Positions 27,627 to 37,231 of a DNA stretch of 64,000 nucleotides are shown here, in pieces. How positions within the stretch are numbered: the stretch's first letter is position 1; every line of letters starts with the position of its first letter. The stretch spans positions 84,552 to 148,551 of the forward strand of contig JAIUNL010000008.1 of NCBI GenBank assembly GCA_020161835.1, read 5' to 3'. Source of the stretch: Bacteroidota bacterium. Its GTDB lineage: Bacteria; Bacteroidota; JABWAT01. The position numbers and the translations under genes were made by a program. The notes beneath the pieces are model-generated. The model was not told the DNA's origin and made no database searches. It saw nothing but the letters and a program-made list of their open reading frames with translations.

Positions 27627-29993
27627 CTATTTCAAAACCACCATTTTTCGGGTAAAGGTTCGCTTTAGACCGGTGATCTGAACAAAATAAATACCGGAAG
27701 ATAAGTTTTCTGTGGAAAGAGTTACGGTTTTCACTTCACCTGATTTTAAATTTTCCAACCCGAAATCTGAAACCAATTGTCCTGCCAGAGTAAATATTTC
27801 AACTTTAACAGTTTGATTTTGATCTGCTGTGAGTTGGAATGAGGATTCAGGATTAGCCGGATTTGGATAAAGTTCAGAAACGGCGAAACTTTCCGGTTGA
27901 CTGCCAGCATCAGTTGTAAGTGACAATAGACCTCCGGGAGTTCGGGTACCATCAAGATCAACTCCTGAAATCCTGAAAAAATACTCTTTTTCTTTTTGCG
28001 GATGAAACGGGATAGAAACTGCGTACCTGTTTTCTGATTCCGGAGAAAATCTCATTTCTTGTCGGGTTTGCCAGGATGCCAGTAAATTCCACTGATTTTG
28101 ACTGGATAAAATTTCGATATCGTATCCAGCCAGATTCAGTTCGTGAGCTGTTCTCCAGTTAAAAATCAGATTTCCGTTAATAAATTGCCCGGTAAAACTC
28201 AGAATGGATACGGGTAAGGGTGTTGAAGGAACCAGTAACGGTGCAATGGCCTCGAAACTGTTCAATTTTCCATATCCCCAGGAGTCATTTGGAACTGAAC
28301 CGGTTGCTCCGTCAACATTAGCTCCATTTTGCAATAGATCTTTTATTTGGGTAGGAGTCAGCGATGAATCGGCATCAAGAAGCAAGGCAATGGCCCCCGC
28401 CAGATGTGGCGCTGAAGCTGATGTTCCGCCGAAAACGCCAAATGCGGTTGTCACATTTGATGGAGCAGAAAGTTCAGGTTTCAACCGTCCATCACGGGTA
28501 GGCCCGATACTTGAACCCGATTGTCGTGATCCGGTTGAGATTTCATACGCCCCGGCAGTTACTGCCTGAACAGCAGTTCCGGGCATGGTAATCACTTTTT
28601 GACTGTTAACATGATCCTGAAACGAACCTGGTACCGAACTGATATTAATCCATCCATCAAAAGAAGAACCAGAAATATTCCGTTTTGAGAAGTGAACAGC
28701 CTTCCATTGACCGGTTTTTACTTTCCGGTTATTAAAATTGATGAGTTCCCAGTCAATTAAATTCCGTTGACTGATGGCATCAAAATTATTTCCGACATAC
28801 AAAAATCCATCCGGAGTTGAAAGGGTATCAAAGCTCGCTTTCAGTGAAAACGGACCGTAAACAGTTCCCGTTGGGCCAATCAATGAAAAATCAAGACTGT
28901 CACCTGACAGATACCAGGAGTTCACACTGAAACTCTGATTATTTCCGTTCGGATTTGAGGAAATGGTAAAACGAAGGGTATCAGTAAAACCAGTTGCCGG
29001 GAGGTTTCCTGAAATGTGAATATTTTGTCCTCCACTGTTTCCGGCGGCAATTGCAAAAATGGATCCGGGTCCGGAAAGGGAATCGATGGCAATTTCGTGA
29101 ATTTTGGTTCCATCGTGCGGACCAAACTGGCTGCCCAGACTATAACTGATCACAACAGGTTTCCCGAGTGATTTCGCCTTTTTCTGAATATAATTAAAGG
29201 CATCAATGGTATTTGCCAGTGTTGACCCTGATTTTCTGACAACAAGGATGATATCCGCTTCGGGAGCCATTCCCTTTTTTCCGGATGATGAACCATCAGA
29301 GCAAGCAATGGAGAGGCAATTGGAGCCGTGTGAATTTGTAGGTACTCCGGTAACCTGACTGGCATTAATGTGTGCATTTGTCCATTCTGTACCATAAGAA
29401 TACGACGGTATCACCGGATATTTTGATGCGGTATTGGTGCCCTGATTCCAGATAAAAAGTACCCGGGAAGACCCATCCGGATTCTGAAAATCTCCGTGAT
29501 TAAAAGTAAACCCGTCATCCACAATTCCAATAATCACCTTTTTTCCGGTATATCCCAGAGTATGAACCGTATCTGTCCAGGTACCTCTGAATGTGGATCC
29601 GTTCATTTGTTTTGAAAGGCTCACGTTCATCAACGGCATATCACCCGGTTCTGATTCGATTGTTTTAATGAAAGGAAGAGATGCAATTCTGGTCAGGGCA
29701 GATTTTGAGCAGGTAATAGTGACCAGATTTCCAAAAATTGAACCAATCTGAGCACCGGCTGATTCAAGTTCAGTTCGAAACTGAAAAGATGAAACTTGAT
29801 CTGATAGTTTCAATAAATACTGAGACTCTTGCACTGTTTTCGGATCGTTTTTTGCCAAAACGGATCGGGAAAAAGTCAGTTCTTTTTTAAGATGGATACC
29901 TGCCTTTTCCAAAATCTGAGACTGAGCCTGGAGGCAGTAAAGGAGTGAAAATAGAGTAATTATGAATTTCATTGTACAAATATGCAAAATCAC
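27627..29993 (-). CDS. S8 (subtilisin) family serine peptidase with a T9SS type-A C-terminal sorting domain
   Basis: 788 aa with a signal peptide. The catalytic triad motifs are present (IGIVDDG, HGSNCLSIA, GTSASAPHLAG). The C-terminal roughly 80 aa (LYPNPANPESSF...GIYFVQI...RKMVVLK) match the Por_Secre_tail consensus. Confidence 0.8.
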   Translation of the reverse strand: MILHICTMKFIITLFSLLYCLQAQSQILEKAGIHLKKELTFSRSVLAKNDPKTVQESQYLLKLSDQVSSFQFRTELESAGAQIGSIFGNLVTITCSKSALTRIASLPFIKTIESEPGDMPLMNVSLSKQMNGSTFRGTWTDTVHTLGYTGKKVIIGIVDDGFTFNHGDFQNPDGSSRVLFIWNQGTNTASKYPVIPSYSYGTEWTNAHINASQVTGVPTNSHGSNCLSIACSDGSSSGKKGMAPEADIILVVRKSGSTLANTIDAFNYIQKKAKSLGKPVVISYSLGSQFGPHDGTKIHEIAIDSLSGPGSIFAIAAGNSGGQNIHISGNLPATGFTDTLRFTISSNPNGNNQSFSVNSWYLSGDSLDFSLIGPTGTVYGPFSLKASFDTLSTPDGFLYVGNNFDAISQRNLIDWELINFNNRKVKTGQWKAVHFSKRNISGSSFDGWINISSVPGSFQDHVNSQKVITMPGTAVQAVTAGAYEISTGSRQSGSSIGPTRDGRLKPELSAPSNVTTAFGVFGGTSASAPHLAGAIALLLDADSSLTPTQIKDLLQNGANVDGATGSVPNDSWGYGKLNSFEAIAPLLVPSTPLPVSILSFTGQFINGNLIFNWRTAHELNLAGYDIEILSSQNQWNLLASWQTRQEMRFSPESENRYAVSIPFHPQKEKEYFFRISGVDLDGTRTPGGLLSLTTDAGSQPESFAVSELYPNPANPESSFQLTADQNQTVKVEIFTLAGQLVSDFGLENLKSGEVKTVTLSTENLSSGIYFVQITGLKRTFTRKMVVLK

Positions 29994-30060
29994 GTTTTAA
30001 AATGTTGTGATGGGAGTGGGACGGGTTGCCAAATCAGCCCCAATTCGTTAACTTCAATTT

Positions 30061-32154
30061 ATGAAGAAAATGAAAAGAAGACTTCCGGCATCTGAAAGTT
30101 ACATCGGAACGGATTATGAACTCACAAGAGGCCATCCGATGCCATTTGGTGCTTCACTTTGGCGGGGCGGAATAAATTTTTCTATTTATTCAAAACATGC
30201 TACCAGCGTAAATCTCGTACTCATTAGCCCGATTACTTCTGAAATCGTTTATGAATGGCCATTAGAAAAAGCCTACAACAAAACCGGTGATATCTGGCAC
30301 TGTTTCTTGAAAGATCTTGACCAGACTTTGTGTTATGGCTGGAGAATGGACAGAGAGCCCAATATGCGGCCCCATATTCACCGGTATAACAGTCAGGTCG
30401 TTTTGATTGACCCTTATGCAAAGGCCTTAACCGGTGGCCACGTTTGGAATAAATCAGTTCACAAAGAACGATTCTCTGCAATCATAAATGATGAGTTTGA
30501 CTGGCAAAATGACAAGCCACTGAATATTCATCTGCTCGACTCGGTAATTTATGAAATGCATCTTCGCGGATTTACTGCCCATCCTTCATCAGGTGTAACC
30601 AATCGTGGCACTTTTAAAGCTTTGGTTCAGAAAATCCCTTATCTGAAAGATTTGGGTGTAACTGCCGTTGAATTGTTGCCTGTAAACGAATTTGAAGAAA
30701 TGGAAGGATCAGACAGGCAGAATCCGGTTACCGGTGAACCGCTGATGAATTTCTGGGGATACAACCCAATTTCTTTTTTTGCACCAAAAGCATCTTATGC
30801 CGCATCAGGAGCAAGTGGTGCACAGGTCACTGAGTTTAAAGAAATGGTTCGTGCTTTTCATGCGGCCGGCATTGAAATTATTCTGGATGTTGTTTTTAAC
30901 CACACCGCTGAAGGAAATGAAAACGGATTTACCCAGAGTTTCAGGGGCATTGACAACCAAACCTATTATATAATTGACCCCATTACCGGTAAATATCACA
31001 ATTATTCAGGTTGCGGTAACACAATAAACTGTAACCATCCGTTTGTCAGAGATTTCTTTATTGATTGTCTGAAATATTGGGTTACCGAAATGAAAGTAGA
31101 CGGTTTCCGGTTTGATCTTGCCAGTATTCTGGGCCGTGATCAGGACGGAACTGTATTGAACAATCCGCCATTACTTGAAAGAATTGCTGCTGACCCCGTT
31201 TTATCAAACACTAAAATTATTGCTGAAGCCTGGGATGCTGCAGGTTTGTACCAGGTTGGATCGTTTCCTCATTGGCAAAGATGGGCAGAATGGAATGGTA
31301 AATTCCGGGATGATGTAAGAAAGTTTATAAAAGGGGATCCCGGTTTGGCCGGAACCATGGCAAAACGTCTTACAGGCAGTGCCGATCTTTATGAAAAATC
31401 TTCACGGGCACCCTACGACAGTATCAATTTTGTAACCTGTCATGACGGTTTTACTTTGATGGATTTGGTTTCATTCAATGTGAAACAAAATGAAACCAAT
31501 GGTGAAAACCAACTGGATGGAACTCAAGATAATTATAGTTGGAATTGTGGGTTTGAAGGCCCAACTGATGATGAGGAAATTAACACCTTAAGAACGAGAC
31601 AGGTTAAAAATTTTGCTGCAATCCTTCTGACCTCATTCGGTGTGCCAATGATTCTTGCCGGAGATGAACTTGGTCGAACACAAAGAGGCAACAATAACGC
31701 CTATTGCCATGATAACGATATTTCGTGGGTAAACTGGTCAAATCTAAAAAAATACAGTGACCTGCACCGCTTTTTCAAACTCATGATTGCATTCAGAAAA
31801 GCAAACCCCATTCTGAAGCGTGAGAAATTCAGTGATTTTGATCTCAATTGGCACGGGTTTAAATTGTTTGAACCCGACTGGTCTGATGATTCAAGATGGA
31901 TTTCAGTTCATATTACTGCAACCCGTTTTCCTGAACTTTCAGGGTATAAACACGTTCACCTGATTATCAATGCACATTGGGAAACGCACAACTTTGAGTT
32001 ACCAAGACTTGTTTTGAAACAGTGGCACCTTTTCGTTGATACATCCCGGCCATCACCGCTTGATATTACCACTGAAGGAAACGAAATATTGCTTTTTAAC
32101 CAGGATTCTTATGAAGTCAGACCCAGGACAGTTATTATTCTGGTCGGGAAATAA
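30061..32154 (+). CDS. glgX: glycogen debranching enzyme (isoamylase-type, GH13)
   Basis: 697 aa with an N-terminal CBM48-like domain and the GH13 catalytic regions (GFRFDLASIL, IAEAWD, NFVTCHDGFTL). Confidence 0.85.
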   Translation: MKKMKRRLPASESYIGTDYELTRGHPMPFGASLWRGGINFSIYSKHATSVNLVLISPITSEIVYEWPLEKAYNKTGDIWHCFLKDLDQTLCYGWRMDREPNMRPHIHRYNSQVVLIDPYAKALTGGHVWNKSVHKERFSAIINDEFDWQNDKPLNIHLLDSVIYEMHLRGFTAHPSSGVTNRGTFKALVQKIPYLKDLGVTAVELLPVNEFEEMEGSDRQNPVTGEPLMNFWGYNPISFFAPKASYAASGASGAQVTEFKEMVRAFHAAGIEIILDVVFNHTAEGNENGFTQSFRGIDNQTYYIIDPITGKYHNYSGCGNTINCNHPFVRDFFIDCLKYWVTEMKVDGFRFDLASILGRDQDGTVLNNPPLLERIAADPVLSNTKIIAEAWDAAGLYQVGSFPHWQRWAEWNGKFRDDVRKFIKGDPGLAGTMAKRLTGSADLYEKSSRAPYDSINFVTCHDGFTLMDLVSFNVKQNETNGENQLDGTQDNYSWNCGFEGPTDDEEINTLRTRQVKNFAAILLTSFGVPMILAGDELGRTQRGNNNAYCHDNDISWVNWSNLKKYSDLHRFFKLMIAFRKANPILKREKFSDFDLNWHGFKLFEPDWSDDSRWISVHITATRFPELSGYKHVHLIINAHWETHNFELPRLVLKQWHLFVDTSRPSPLDITTEGNEILLFNQDSYEVRPRTVIILVGK

Positions 32155-32160
32155 TTTGAC

Positions 32161-32475
32161 TCAATCAACTACAACCATCCCTTTACCGATGGTTCTGTTT
32201 TTCCCCTCTGAAAAAATATTTACAAAATAAATCCCATCAACAACCCTGTTCTTCTCATTGTCATTCCGATCCCATATATACCTTAATTCCCGTTTTTCTT
32301 CCAGTGAAAGGGTATCCTGTCTGATTTTGGTATCAAACTCATTGGTGATATTTGCAACCACCAAATCAGACTCATAAGTACCTTCAAATACGATTGAACC
32401 GGGAATAGTAATGTAAGAATTGTCCTGGCAGGACGAAAAAAACAGAATCAGGGTAAAAAATAGAAACTTTTTCAT
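32161..32475 (-). CDS. small lipoprotein consisting essentially of a T9SS-CTD-like / FlgD-Ig-like beta-sandwich (copy A)
   Basis: 104 aa with a lipobox (LILFFSSC). The C-terminus RYIWDRNDNEKNRVVDGIYFVNIF...GKGMVVVD parallels the peptidase CTD SSGIYFVQI...RKMVVLK. Confidence 0.45.
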   Translation of the reverse strand: MKKFLFFTLILFFSSCQDNSYITIPGSIVFEGTYESDLVVANITNEFDTKIRQDTLSLEEKRELRYIWDRNDNEKNRVVDGIYFVNIFSEGKNRTIGKGMVVVD

Positions 32476-33260
32476 AAGATAATTCCAAATAATACCGAAA
32501 TCCGGAACGCATTGAGATCGGGAGAATAATCAGATGGATCAAAACCGGGTTTTTTCTCACCATAAATTCTTGTACTGATTGTAAATTGGTATCCGGCCCT
32601 CAACTCCATAAAAACAGAACCGGTTGTTGAATTAAACTTTCCGGCCATCAGGTTAACAACTGCCAGATAGGATTCTGTTTTCAATTTAGAACTTACATGA
32701 CCAACTGAACCAAGGTTATATTTATAATCGAGTTCACTTTTTCGGGTATCTGAAATCAGGATAACACCCAAACCAACCCCTGCATATGCGTTGGAAGCTG
32801 AATACATCTTTGTTCTAAACTGAAATAATTTATCAAATTGAACAAGAAAAACATTCATGTCATGAGTAAGGTAAAAGGAAGTTCCTTCACCAAAAAGTTT
32901 AAATGTTGTATTTGACAGTCTGTCTTGTTGGTACTCAAACACAATTCGGGAATTTGCATAAGGCAGAAAAATCCCGAGCCCACCACGTAAACTTGCACCT
33001 GGTGTTAAATCCCGAATTTCAGAACCAGACGAGTATTCACTCAAATTTTTGATCAGCTCATTTTCATTATCCATATTATATGCAGTATAACCCAGGCTAA
33101 GAAAAGGCAAAAACACAACATCAGGGGGAATTTTACTTTTTTTATAAAAAATTCCATCTACCCCGGGTTCACTATTTTCCTGAGCAAAAAGGTTAAGACT
33201 GCTAATAGAAATCCAAACAGTAACCCATAAAAAAAATCTGGCAGAGAAACCTTTCATCAC
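32472..33260 (-). CDS. outer-membrane beta-barrel protein (OMP_b-brl_2 / PorT-PorP-like), copy A
   Basis: 262 aa with a signal peptide (...LNLFAQE). It shows the alternating amphipathic beta-strand pattern and ends in aromatic/hydrophobic residues (...RISVLFGIIL). It is a paralog of 33553-34320. Confidence 0.5.
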   Translation of the reverse strand: MMKGFSARFFLWVTVWISISSLNLFAQENSEPGVDGIFYKKSKIPPDVVFLPFLSLGYTAYNMDNENELIKNLSEYSSGSEIRDLTPGASLRGGLGIFLPYANSRIVFEYQQDRLSNTTFKLFGEGTSFYLTHDMNVFLVQFDKLFQFRTKMYSASNAYAGVGLGVILISDTRKSELDYKYNLGSVGHVSSKLKTESYLAVVNLMAGKFNSTTGSVFMELRAGYQFTISTRIYGEKKPGFDPSDYSPDLNAFRISVLFGIIL

Positions 33261-33556
33261 CGTTTTATAATGGCTGCAGTACTGGATATAATTTCATCAT
33301 CAACAGTAATGGTGATCAGGTACAATCCGTTAGAAACCTGAATTTCTGATGAATTTTTACCGTTCCATGTGTATTTTGATGTGCCAGCCGGCAGATTTTC
33401 CTGTTTAATGATTGTTTGGTAGGTGTTGGTTACAGTTGCAAGTCCAGCCTTGGGGAGTGATGAAAATTCAAGTTCATCAGATCCGGTAAATGATTCCTGC
33501 GAATCGCAGGCGAAAAGAATGAAAATGAGTGAAAGGGAAAGAATAAGATTTTTCAT
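33257..33556 (-). CDS. small lipoprotein with a T9SS-CTD-like / FlgD-Ig-like C-terminus (copy B)
   Basis: 99 aa with a lipobox (ILFACDSQE). The C-terminus reads YTWNGKNSSEIQVSNGLYLITITVDDEIISSTAAIIKR. Confidence 0.45.
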   Translation of the reverse strand: MKNLILSLSLIFILFACDSQESFTGSDELEFSSLPKAGLATVTNTYQTIIKQENLPAGTSKYTWNGKNSSEIQVSNGLYLITITVDDEIISSTAAIIKR

Positions 33557-34320
33557 AGGGCAAGTCCGAGATGAATTGAAAGTTTAATTCCACTGTAATC
33601 GGGTTTGAAGCTTTTTGCAGAACGTCCTGTTTTTTTGCTGGAATCAACTGTGAAACCGGTTTCAACCTGATATCCAAGCCTGAATTCTGAATAGGTCACA
33701 CCATTTTGATAAAACTTTCCGATTACAGCCTGAATGCCGGCAACCTGGGCATTAATGTCAAGATCTTCCTTGAATTCTTCATCACTTCCACTTTTTCTGA
33801 AGGTTACTGTTTCACTTCGGGTATCAAAAATCCAGCCGTAACTTCCGCCAAGTCCGTAATACAAATCTTTATCAGCAACATCATGCCAGAACAATTTATC
33901 GGCATGCAGGTTCACAGTTGTTACTGAATGGTTGAGATAATAACCGGTATTGTCAAAGGCTTTCAACATAAAATCAAGGAAAAAGAAAGGAATTTTAACC
34001 CCTTCGTTTCCATAATTATCCCATCTGATATCTGAATACAGGCGAATCATCGGGTCATGAAACAAGAGTCCGAATCCGACCTGACTTGAAATCCCACCTG
34101 ATGGATTTGAAAGATCCGCAAGTTTTCCCGTTTCCTTCAGATTGTCAATCAGAGTTATTTCATTTTCCATTTTATAAAATGTATAACCCAGACCACCCTG
34201 AACCAAAACTGACATTGTTTTTTCGCTCCTGATTCCCTTTGAGGGCTGAGCAGACAGATCAATTGCCAAAAATGTTACAATTGAAAAAAGTAAGGTAGCA
34301 TTAATAAATAGTCGAGGCAT
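33553..34320 (-). CDS. outer-membrane beta-barrel protein (OMP_b-brl_2 / PorT-PorP-like), copy B. The likely start is the internal Met (MPRLFINATLLFSIVTFLAIDLSAQ); the ORF track extends to 34386.
   Basis: It has a signal peptide and shares collinear motifs with copy A (LGYT.Y.M.NE..LI.NL.E, DKLF, LGYQ, and the C-terminal PDYS.....L.L). Confidence 0.5.
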   Translation of the reverse strand: MPRLFINATLLFSIVTFLAIDLSAQPSKGIRSEKTMSVLVQGGLGYTFYKMENEITLIDNLKETGKLADLSNPSGGISSQVGFGLLFHDPMIRLYSDIRWDNYGNEGVKIPFFFLDFMLKAFDNTGYYLNHSVTTVNLHADKLFWHDVADKDLYYGLGGSYGWIFDTRSETVTFRKSGSDEEFKEDLDINAQVAGIQAVIGKFYQNGVTYSEFRLGYQVETGFTVDSSKKTGRSAKSFKPDYSGIKLSIHLGLAL

Positions 34321-34324
34321 TGAA

Positions 34325-35779
34325 TTAACTCCGTTTTTTAAGAACAACAATATTTTCAATGTGATAGGTATGCGGGAACATGTCAACAGGCCTGATATAC
34401 GTTAGGTCATAATTAAAAGATGCAATAATCTTTAAATCTCTGGCTTGAGTCATGGGGTTACAGGAAATATAAAGAATCCGGTCAGCACCAAATTGTGGCA
34501 GAAACCGGGCAGTTTCTTCTGTTAATCCTGCTCTGGGCGGATCAACAACGATAATATCTGGTTTCCCAATATTTTCTTCCCACTGCTTTAACAGATCAAG
34601 ACTTTTTCCGATATCTCCCTGAACAAACGAAGCGTTGTTTATTCCGTTTGCACGGGCATTTTCAATGGCATTTTCCACTGCTTCCGGAATCAGTTCAATA
34701 CCCGCAACTTTTTTAACCCGGTTGGCCGCCATCAAACCGATTGTTCCCGGTCCGCAGAAAAGATCAAAAAGAATATCGGTCTCTTTTAGATTTGCTGCTT
34801 CAAATGCTGTTGCAAATAAGACTTCGGCCTGAAGTGAATTGGTTTGGAAAAAAGAATTCGGATGAATAATAAATTCAACTCCAAGTAATTTTTCAGTTAA
34901 AACACCTGAACCGAAAACTGTGATTTCTCCTTCACCTTTTGGCACAGGACCTTTACCTGAATGAAGAATATTGACAAAACTTTTGATCTCTGGAATGTCA
35001 TGCTTAAATAAATCAGCAAGTTTCCGGTTAAATTCAGAATCTTCGTATGTCGTGACGAGAATGACCATTAAATCGCCGGTATTTATACCAAACCGTAAGA
35101 TTAAAGATCTGAGAAAACCAGTATGACTTTTCGAAGAGTAGGGCAGAACTCCATTTTCGAAACAAAACGATTTCACCAGATTTAAAATCCGGTTACCCGT
35201 TTCAGGTTGAATATGGCAGGCATCAAGGTCAACCAATTTGTCATACCGGCCAGGGACGTGAAGCCCAAGAGCAAATCCTTCCGGTTTTTCGATTCCGTTT
35301 TTAATTTCAGATGAAGTTAGCCATCGTGAATCAGAAAAAGTAAAATCCATCTTATTGCGGTAATTAAACGGATTTCCCACACCAATAATTGGCAAAACCT
35401 GGGGATTTTCAAATCCACCTACCCTGACAAGGGCATCAATGACTTGTTGATGTTTGGCTTTTAACTGTGTCTCATAGGAAATATGTTGCCATTTACATCC
35501 GCCACATTCACCAAAATGGCTGCAAACCGGCTTAATTCTTGATGGTCCGGGTTTAAGAAGTGATTTAATCCAACCTTCAGCGTAGGATGATTTTACTTTG
35601 GTAATTTCAACTTCAACAAGATCACCAGGTGCTGCCATTGGAAGAAAAACAACAAAATCATTGATTCTGGCAATGCTTTTGCCTTCAAAACCAATAGAAT
35701 CTATGGTTAATGTTACCATATCACCCTTTTTTACCGGTTTTTCTTTAAGGGTTGCTTCAGGTTCGTTAGGATTTTCCAT
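34325..35779 (-). CDS. rlmD: 23S rRNA (uracil-C5)-methyltransferase, RlmD/RumA family
   Basis: 484 aa with an N-terminal TRAM domain and a 4Fe-4S Cys cluster (CSHFGECGGCKWQ). The class I SAM MTase has the DPPRAG motif and the catalytic Cys near the C-terminus. Confidence 0.8.
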   Translation of the reverse strand: MENPNEPEATLKEKPVKKGDMVTLTIDSIGFEGKSIARINDFVVFLPMAAPGDLVEVEITKVKSSYAEGWIKSLLKPGPSRIKPVCSHFGECGGCKWQHISYETQLKAKHQQVIDALVRVGGFENPQVLPIIGVGNPFNYRNKMDFTFSDSRWLTSSEIKNGIEKPEGFALGLHVPGRYDKLVDLDACHIQPETGNRILNLVKSFCFENGVLPYSSKSHTGFLRSLILRFGINTGDLMVILVTTYEDSEFNRKLADLFKHDIPEIKSFVNILHSGKGPVPKGEGEITVFGSGVLTEKLLGVEFIIHPNSFFQTNSLQAEVLFATAFEAANLKETDILFDLFCGPGTIGLMAANRVKKVAGIELIPEAVENAIENARANGINNASFVQGDIGKSLDLLKQWEENIGKPDIIVVDPPRAGLTEETARFLPQFGADRILYISCNPMTQARDLKIIASFNYDLTYIRPVDMFPHTYHIENIVVLKKRS

Positions 35780-35897
35780 GGAATTAATATTGGGTTAATG
35801 GATAATTGCAGATTTGGAATCAACTTAAATTAATTATAAATTTATGAAATTAAAGGACTAAACTCTATATTTCAGCTTTATTTATCCGGATCAAGTA

Positions 35898-36482
35898 ATG
35901 AATACACTTAACGGGTCAGCCGTCTGTCTGAATTCCGTTGTCATCCTGATCTTGGGGGCACGTGCTTCCGGCAAATCAACACTGGCATACAATCTTGTAA
36001 AGCGGGGTGCTTCATGGCTTGGAGACGGTCTGCTCAGTATAGGGGCTGAACTGCCAAAACAGTTTATTTATCCAGATTCGTCAAGTGAGCAATTGGTTCT
36101 TAGATTCCCCACACTTTTTCAGGAATTGGTTCCGCCAAATTACCTCAGTGAAGTCAGATCATCTGATTCACAGCTCATTCTTACATTAAATCTTCCCCGA
36201 ATTTTTCCGCTTCAAAAAAAGATCACTGTACCTGTTCCACCCGATATGATTATCTGGACTGAAAAATCATCACAGCTCCATTCCAGTCTTTATCCGGTGC
36301 CGGTTAGTGAACTGCGGTCATTGACAGCTCAAAGTCAACTGGTACTGCCCGACCGGGGTGTTACCGGCTGGAAATTTATTTCAGGTTCCGGTTTCGAGAA
36401 CCGTGAACAGATTATTGCTAAACTTGAAAAACTGACTGCCGAATTGGGTTTTCACAGGAAAACCCTAACCAGCGTTCAGTAA
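35898..36482 (+). CDS. stand-alone HPr kinase/phosphorylase C-terminal-domain-like P-loop protein
   Basis: 194 aa. The segment VVILILGARASGKSTLAYNLVKRGASWLGDGLLSI parallels the HprK C-domain [30 protein letters not shown]. No HprK N-domain is present. Confidence 0.45.
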   Translation: MNTLNGSAVCLNSVVILILGARASGKSTLAYNLVKRGASWLGDGLLSIGAELPKQFIYPDSSSEQLVLRFPTLFQELVPPNYLSEVRSSDSQLILTLNLPRIFPLQKKITVPVPPDMIIWTEKSSQLHSSLYPVPVSELRSLTAQSQLVLPDRGVTGWKFISGSGFENREQIIAKLEKLTAELGFHRKTLTSVQ

Positions 36483-36498
36483 AAAAAAAGGATTTCAC

Positions 36499-37227
36499 AT
36501 GCAAAATTACCGGGCTGTACTGTATAGTATGAGCGCATTGATGGGCGAGAGTTATGAAGATGAAGAAATATTGGATAATCAATTTTCGCTTGCAAGAAAT
36601 GACCTCAAAGAACTTAGACAGTATATCGGCCCAAGAAAATGGCGGTCTAGAGTGCTTTCTGATATCCGTACTGAAATGGGTGTTGCAATCAGAAACGGAA
36701 AAGAAAGCCAGCTCTATCCGGATACCGGAACCGTTACCCGAACAGTTTTGCGAAAATACAGCCAGGTTGAACCCTCTGATGAACTAGTTGAAAATATAAT
36801 CTACACATTCAACCGTGTTAATGATTTTGCACTTTCGCCGGCTACTTTAACGGTTATAAATGCTGTTTATGACCGCAATTATATGCAAGCCATTTTATCC
36901 AATTCAATAATTCCCGCAAGAATGTATGCAGAAAAATTGAAACAATTGAAAATCAATCATTTTTTTGATACCATTCTTTGCAGTTCAGATTTGGGTGTAT
37001 CCAAGCCAAATCCTGAATTTTTCGCAATGGCACTTGAAGCAATGGGTTTGAATCCGCAGGATGTGTTATTCATTGCGGATAACGTAGAAACGGATGTTGC
37101 AGGTGCAGTTGCCGTTGGAATACCTACTATACTGGTAAACCGATATACCCAGTTGCCTCAACTTCCGGGCAACATCGCTTTGGTTCATGATTTGCAACAA
37201 ATTCTCGATTATTTACCTCAGGTCTGA
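36499..37227 (+). CDS. HAD-IA family hydrolase
   Basis: 242 aa. The C-terminal half carries HAD motifs III/IV ([34 protein letters not shown]). Motif I is atypical or not obvious at the N-terminus. Confidence 0.6.
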   Translation: MQNYRAVLYSMSALMGESYEDEEILDNQFSLARNDLKELRQYIGPRKWRSRVLSDIRTEMGVAIRNGKESQLYPDTGTVTRTVLRKYSQVEPSDELVENIIYTFNRVNDFALSPATLTVINAVYDRNYMQAILSNSIIPARMYAEKLKQLKINHFFDTILCSSDLGVSKPNPEFFAMALEAMGLNPQDVLFIADNVETDVAGAVAVGIPTILVNRYTQLPQLPGNIALVHDLQQILDYLPQV

Positions 37228-37231
37228 TTCT

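Noticed and set aside
32251-32280. GTCATTCCGATCCC inside the copy-A lipoprotein gene resembles GTCATTCCCGTCCC from the 26053 hairpin element
   Set aside because: It is a 13/14 match within coding sequence and has no partner inverted repeat, so it is most likely chance.
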